Shown piece after piece: positions 61,108-64,000 of a stretch of DNA of 64,000 nt. Source of the stretch: an uncultured Candidatus Rokubacteria bacterium (GTDB taxonomy: Bacteria; Methylomirabilota; Methylomirabilia; Rokubacteriales; CSP1-6); contig CAVYTA010000004.1 of the NCBI GenBank assembly GCA_963771355.1, positions 32,001-96,000 on the forward strand. The letters are read 5' to 3'. Position numbers and translations under genes: made by a program. The notes below the pieces were generated by a model that did no database searches, was not told the DNA's origin, and saw nothing but the letters and a program-made list of their open reading frames with translations. Every line of letters starts with the position of its first letter. The first letter of the stretch is position 1.

Positions 61108-62280
61108 CTAGTAACCGGTCGCGAAGCGCTGGGGGAACTGCTTCGTGATGGCGTCGGCCAGGGGGTCCGCGACCTTCGCCATGTGCCCCGCCGCGGTGCG
61201 CGCGCTCTTCCAGGCCTGGGGCTGATTGCCGGCGGCCTGCGCGTCGATCACGTCCTTGAGCGTCAGCACGTGGTGCTTCACCAGGTCGGCCACGACGGCC
61301 TTGGGAAGGTTCGGATTCGCCGAGGCCAGGAAGGCGCCGAAGTCGTCGGTGTAGGCGACCAGCTCGGCCACCGCCTTGTCCTGCTTGGCCTTGTCCTTCG
61401 ACGCCGCGCCTACCGTGTAGTCCACCACGAACCCGATATGGCGTCTCCAGAGCGGCAGGAACGCCTTCTCCGCGTCGGCGCCGTAGACGGAGCCGATGGC
61501 GCGGGCGATGTCCTGGGAGTTGCCGTCCAGGGCCGCCGCGGCAGCCTCGAACTCGGCCTTGCGGCCACCCAGCGCGGCGCCGGTGGCGTCGGCGGCGAGA
61601 TACACGTGCTCGCGGAGGGCCAGGTTCAGCGTCGCGCGCAGCGCCGAGCCCGACGCGGCGCCGTCGCCCGGATAGCGCGCGGGGAACTGCTTGGCAATGG
61701 CCCCCGCGAGGGGATCGCCGATCATGGTCATGTGGCCAGCGGCCGCCCGGAGCGCGCGGTAGGCCTCCGCTTGATTGCCGGCGGCCTGAGGGTCGATCAC
61801 GCTCTTGAGGGTCAACACGTGGTGCTTCACGAGATCCGCCACCACCTCCTTGGGGAGGTTCGGGTTGGCGGCGGCGAGGAAGGCGCCGAAGTCCTGCGTA
61901 TAGCCGACCAGCTCGGCCACCGCCTTGTCCTGCTTCATCTTGTCCCGGGTCGCCAGGCCCACCGTGTAGTCCACCACCATGCCGATATGTTTTCTCCACA
62001 GCGGCAGGAACGCCTTCTCGGCGTCGGGGCCGTAGACGGAGCCGATGGAGGTCGCGAGGTCCTGCGAGTTGGCGTCGAGCGCCGCCGCCGCCGCCTCGAA
62101 CTCCGCCTGGCGTCCGCCCAGCGCGGCGCCGGTGGCGGCGCCGGCCAGGAAGACGTGCTCCGCGAGGAGCGCGTTGTAGCCGGTGCGGAGATCGGAGGCG
62201 CTCTTGCTGCCGTGGGCGGCCAGCGCGGGCGCCGCGGTGAACGCGAGGAGAGCGATCAGCATCCAGGCGATGCGCTTCAT
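61108..62280 (-). CDS. Secreted protein with two His-rich 183-aa helical repeats
   Basis: Signal peptide; duplicated EHV..WR(K/R)HIG..KHHV..GHM, offset 549 nt; AGGAGG RBS. Confidence 0.85.
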   Translation of the reverse strand: MKRIAWMLIALLAFTAAPALAAHGSKSASDLRTGYNALLAEHVFLAGAATGAALGGRQAEFEAAAAALDANSQDLATSIGSVYGPDAEKAFLPLWRKHIGMVVDYTVGLATRDKMKQDKAVAELVGYTQDFGAFLAAANPNLPKEVVADLVKHHVLTLKSVIDPQAAGNQAEAYRALRAAAGHMTMIGDPLAGAIAKQFPARYPGDGAASGSALRATLNLALREHVYLAADATGAALGGRKAEFEAAAAALDGNSQDIARAIGSVYGADAEKAFLPLWRRHIGFVVDYTVGAASKDKAKQDKAVAELVAYTDDFGAFLASANPNLPKAVVADLVKHHVLTLKDVIDAQAAGNQPQAWKSARTAAGHMAKVADPLADAITKQFPQRFATGY

Positions 62281-62317
62281 GTTCTGCCTCCTGTGGGGGT
62301 CGGCGCGAGGCGAGGGC

Positions 62318-62681
62318 TCAACGGACGAGGACCTCGCCGGCCATGTTCGGGTGTCGCTCGCAGAAGTACGGATAGGTCCCGGCCTCGCTGAAGGTGCGGC
62401 GAAAGCTCGCCTGCTTGCCCGCGAGGCGGGCCTCGAAGCGGCCATCCTTGGCCGCGGGCGTGCCCGACGTCACCGTGTGGGTGATGTCGTCGCCATTGGT
62501 CCACGTCACCGTGGCGCCCGGCCTTGACCGTCACCGGCGTGGGTGCGAACGCGAAGAGACGGATAGCGACCTCAGTGTCGGCCGCCTGCGCCGCCGGCGC
62601 GGGCAGCTGGCGGGGGACGTGCGCCAGGGTGAGACCGGTCACCACCAGTGCCGCGAGAGCCGAGATCGTGAGCCGGGTCAT
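62318..62681 (-). CDS. Cupredoxin (plastocyanin/amicyanin-like; frameshift near 62520)
   Basis: FAFAP..VTV, WTNGDDITHTV, YPYFCERHPNMAG type-1 Cu site. Confidence 0.85.
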
Positions 62682-62804
62682 GGGGCTGCCTCCTTTCCAC
62701 CCTCTGCTACGCGCGCGGGGGGCGCGCGGATTGGTCCGTGCAGGGGGGGTGGGACGCGACGGAGAAGGCGAGCTAGTACTACGTGCGAGCGGGGGCCGTC
62801 GGAT

Positions 62805-64000
62805 TCATCGCCGGCCGGCCGCGAGACGGCGGGCTTCTGGACGGCGGCGCAGCGCGGCCATGGCCCAGCAGCCGAGGAAGGGGCCCGGGGCCAGCACGAG
62901 GAACGCGTAGCGCCAGCCCACGTGCTGGGCGAGCAGGGGTAACCCCCAGATCGTCACCAGCGTGAGAGCGAAGCCCAGGCTGGTCTGGAGCGTGAGCGCG
63001 GTGCCCATGTAGGCGGGCTCGGAGAGCTCGGTCACCGACGCGGAGAACTGCGCGGAGTCGGCGATCACGCTGGCGCCCCACACGAGGCCGAAGGCCACCA
63101 GCAGCCAGGCGGGCCCGGCATAGGCCCACGCGCTCGCGAGACAGCAGGCGCCCGAGATCGCCATCGCGGCGATGGTCACCGTGGTGCGCCCGATGCGATC
63201 GGCGAGCCAGCCGCCCGCGAAGGCCCCCGCGGCGCCGGCCACGCCGATGATGGCGAAGGCGGCCAGCCGTGGCGCGCCCGGAGCGCCCGGCGGCAGCGCC
63301 TCGGCGAGGAAGACGGCCAGCCAGGTCCACACCGCGTAGAGCTCCCACATGTGGCCGAAGTACCCGAGATTGGCGAGGAGCACGGCGCGATCCCGCAGCA
63401 CGCGGCCGAGCTGGCGCGGATCGAAGGGCGCGCGCCCCGGCGCATAGGGGCCGTCGGTGACCATGGTCGCCACGATGAAGGCGCCGGCGAGGGCCAGCAC
63501 GCTGGAGACGGTGAGCACGGCCGCATAAGAGAGCCCGCGCGCGTCGAGCAGCCCCGCCACCAGATGCGGCGTGGCGCTGCCCAGGGTGAGCGAGCCCACC
63601 AGCGCGCCGATGGCAAGCCCGCGGCCCCGTCCGCTGACGTGTCCCGCGGCGATCTTCATGCCGGGCGGATAGACGCCGGCCAGCGCCACGCCGGTGAGGA
63701 AGCGCAGCGCCAGCGCAATGCCGATGCCGTCGGCCACCCAGGCCAGCAGGAGGTTCACCAGCGCGCCCGCGACCGCGGCGAGGGCGAACATTCGGCGCGG
63801 CGGCAGCACGTCCGGCAGGTTGAGCATCGCGGAGCCCAGCGCGCCCACCACGAAGCCCGCCTGCACGGCGGCGGTGAGCCAGGCGGCGCCGGTGGGTGAC
63901 AGCGCCCAGGCGGACACGAGCGCGGGCATGACCGCGGTGGCCGAGAACCACAGCGTCATGGCCAGGAGCTCGGCGATGGCGAGCAGCGCGAGCGCGAGCC
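62805..64000 (-). CDS. MFS transporter (5' end outside window)
   Basis: LWFSATA, YPPGMK, GHMWELYA, ADSAQFS. Confidence 0.9.
   Translation of the reverse strand, partial: LALALLAIAELLAMTLWFSATAVMPALVSAWALSPTGAAWLTAAVQAGFVVGALGSAMLNLPDVLPPRRMFALAAVAGALVNLLLAWVADGIGIALALRFLTGVALAGVYPPGMKIAAGHVSGRGRGLAIGALVGSLTLGSATPHLVAGLLDARGLSYAAVLTVSSVLALAGAFIVATMVTDGPYAPGRAPFDPRQLGRVLRDRAVLLANLGYFGHMWELYAVWTWLAVFLAEALPPGAPGAPRLAAFAIIGVAGAAGAFAGGWLADRIGRTTVTIAAMAISGACCLASAWAYAGPAWLLVAFGLVWGASVIADSAQFSASVTELSEPAYMGTALTLQTSLGFALTLVTIWGLPLLAQHVGWRYAFLVLAPGPFLGCWAMAALRRRPEARRLAAGRR

Overview
High-GC bacterial chromosomal segment, densely coding (about 62 genes). No rRNA, tRNA, CRISPR array or transposase was seen. 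The gene set (Liv-type ABC transporters, MmgE/PrpD, DGQHR, many DUF proteins) resembles soil Rokubacteria/Methylomirabilota, but this is inference only. Contents: a small accessory block (1-3.3 kb); a rhodanese-MoeB gene with an in-frame TGA exactly at the conserved E1-like Cys followed by a SECIS-like hairpin (probable selenoprotein); rmlA-C-B; HtrA-like, HD and PD-(D/E)XK genes; acyl-CoA dehydrogenase, MFS, trmI, NCS2; a secreted esterase-MBOAT-SGNH module; ppiD; an RND pump with extra helices; greA; a split KdpD/KdpE system; an orphan DGQHR gene; two Liv-type ABC operons, one interrupted by membrane glycosyltransferase and methyltransferase genes; a chromate-resistance cluster with two domain fusions and an inserted ornithine cyclodeaminase; DJ-1, isochorismatase, MaoC and CitE genes; an orphan hexaheme ActA-like cytochrome; and a cupredoxin next to a His-rich duplicated secreted protein. 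About nine genes carry small frameshifts, most likely long-read assembly errors. Many genes have a TANNNT box 6-9 nt upstream of the ATG, suggesting leaderless mRNAs.
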